Shown here: positions 63,159 to 64,000 of the stretch, piece after piece | Numbering within the stretch: the stretch's first letter is position 1 | How the letters are laid out: the number at the start of each line of letters is the position of its first letter | Origin: Azolla caroliniana | Lineage: Eukaryota; Plantae; Polypodiophyta | DNA: 64,000 bases | Assembly: GCA_043228905.1 (NCBI GenBank) | Contig: JBHGNT010000020.1 | Location: 744,001 to 808,000, forward strand | Direction of reading: 5' to 3' | The notes under the pieces: model-generated | What the model was told of the DNA's origin: nothing | Seen by the model: only the letters and a program-made list of their open reading frames with translations | Databases searched by the model: none | Translations under genes and position numbers: made by a program

Positions 63159-64000
63159 TTTGTTTTTGGTTTGTCCAATCATGTTCAGAATCGTCTCGTT
63201 GCTTCTGTGTCTGGGAAGGTATCCCTCCTTCCCTCCTCTGATCTGTGGATAACTACTCGAGCCTGCGAGCCTCTATGCTCATCTTCCAGGATCCGGCGAT
63301 AGGTCTGAATCGAATACAACTCCGTGAGCCTGTGTGCTCAGTATTGGACTCCAGCGACCGAGCTGGATAGGCCACTACAAGCTTAATAGCCGCTCATTCT
63401 CAGGTTCCTTGGTCCAAGACCCTGGTTGTCCCGCCCAAGCTGACCCACAAGTCGCGAATATCTGCCACATCTTTTGGTGCACCAATATCTTCTCGGTCAC
63501 AAATACTAGAGTTATGTTGAAGGAGGGAATGATGTAGCACCAAAGCTATCACACAAAGACTTCCCAACTTGGGAGCACGCAGCAAGCCAAGTCTTGTATT
63601 GCATCGCGTCCTATGTGAGTGACCAGATGCTCAACTACATAAAAGATGCAAAGTCGCCTAAGGATGATTGGGGGAACCTAAAGAGGGTATTTGCCTCCAA
63701 CACCATAGCCCGTAAGTTGTAGCTAAGACAGAAGCTCAACAATGTCTAACAAGGAGGTATGTCGGTATTTGACTACACCACCAAGATCAAGGAGATCTGT
63801 GATGCACTTGGGTCTATTAGTGTTATTGTGGATGAAGGCGAGATGGTGCAGATCTGCCTCGATGGGTTAGCTCAGAAATGTGGGCCGATTTGAACAACTA
63901 TTTGCACGAGAGAGAGAGAGAGAGAGAGAGAGAAGCTCGTGTCATTTGTCGACTTAAAGTCGATGCTCCTTGTAGAGGAGAACCACACAAGTTTGTCGAC
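62557..64000 (+). mobile_element. Degenerate Copia 5' end: probable LTR (about 62557-63180) and gag related to 54029
   Basis: TATAAAAG at about 62826 and a (TG)n(AG)n tract at 63087-63158. Gag FPTWEHAASQVLYCIAS..SDQML.YIKDAKSPK..WGNLK resembles 54017-54301. LTR limits are uncertain. Confidence 0.7.

Overview
Eukaryotic land-plant DNA, most likely a fern or other non-seed plant (inference from the long PLS-type PPR gene and the Tcn1-like and tRNA-Trp-primed Ty3/Gypsy elements). A small gene island at about 7-18 kb holds an intronless PLS-class PPR gene (+), a receptor-kinase pseudogene fragment and a 7-exon DUF3537-like membrane protein gene (-). Nearly everything else is nested LTR retrotransposons: Copia remnants, solo LTRs with target-site duplications (TSDs), a full-length self-priming Tcn1-like chromovirus (22916-28754), an Athila-like Gypsy with a roughly 1000-codon extra 3' ORF (30854-48620) interrupted by a full-length tRNA-Trp-primed Gypsy (35658-43425), a 5'-truncated chromovirus and a second Trp-primed Gypsy. 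The top observation is that the U3 regions of about six different LTR families each carry a tRNA-like Pol III A-box/B-box module upstream of the TATA box, copied in both LTRs of intact elements. The Trp-primed lineage also makes 4-bp TSDs centred on CpG (ACGT/ACGG) and always lands in other retroelements here. All family names come from motif recognition by eye; no database search was run.
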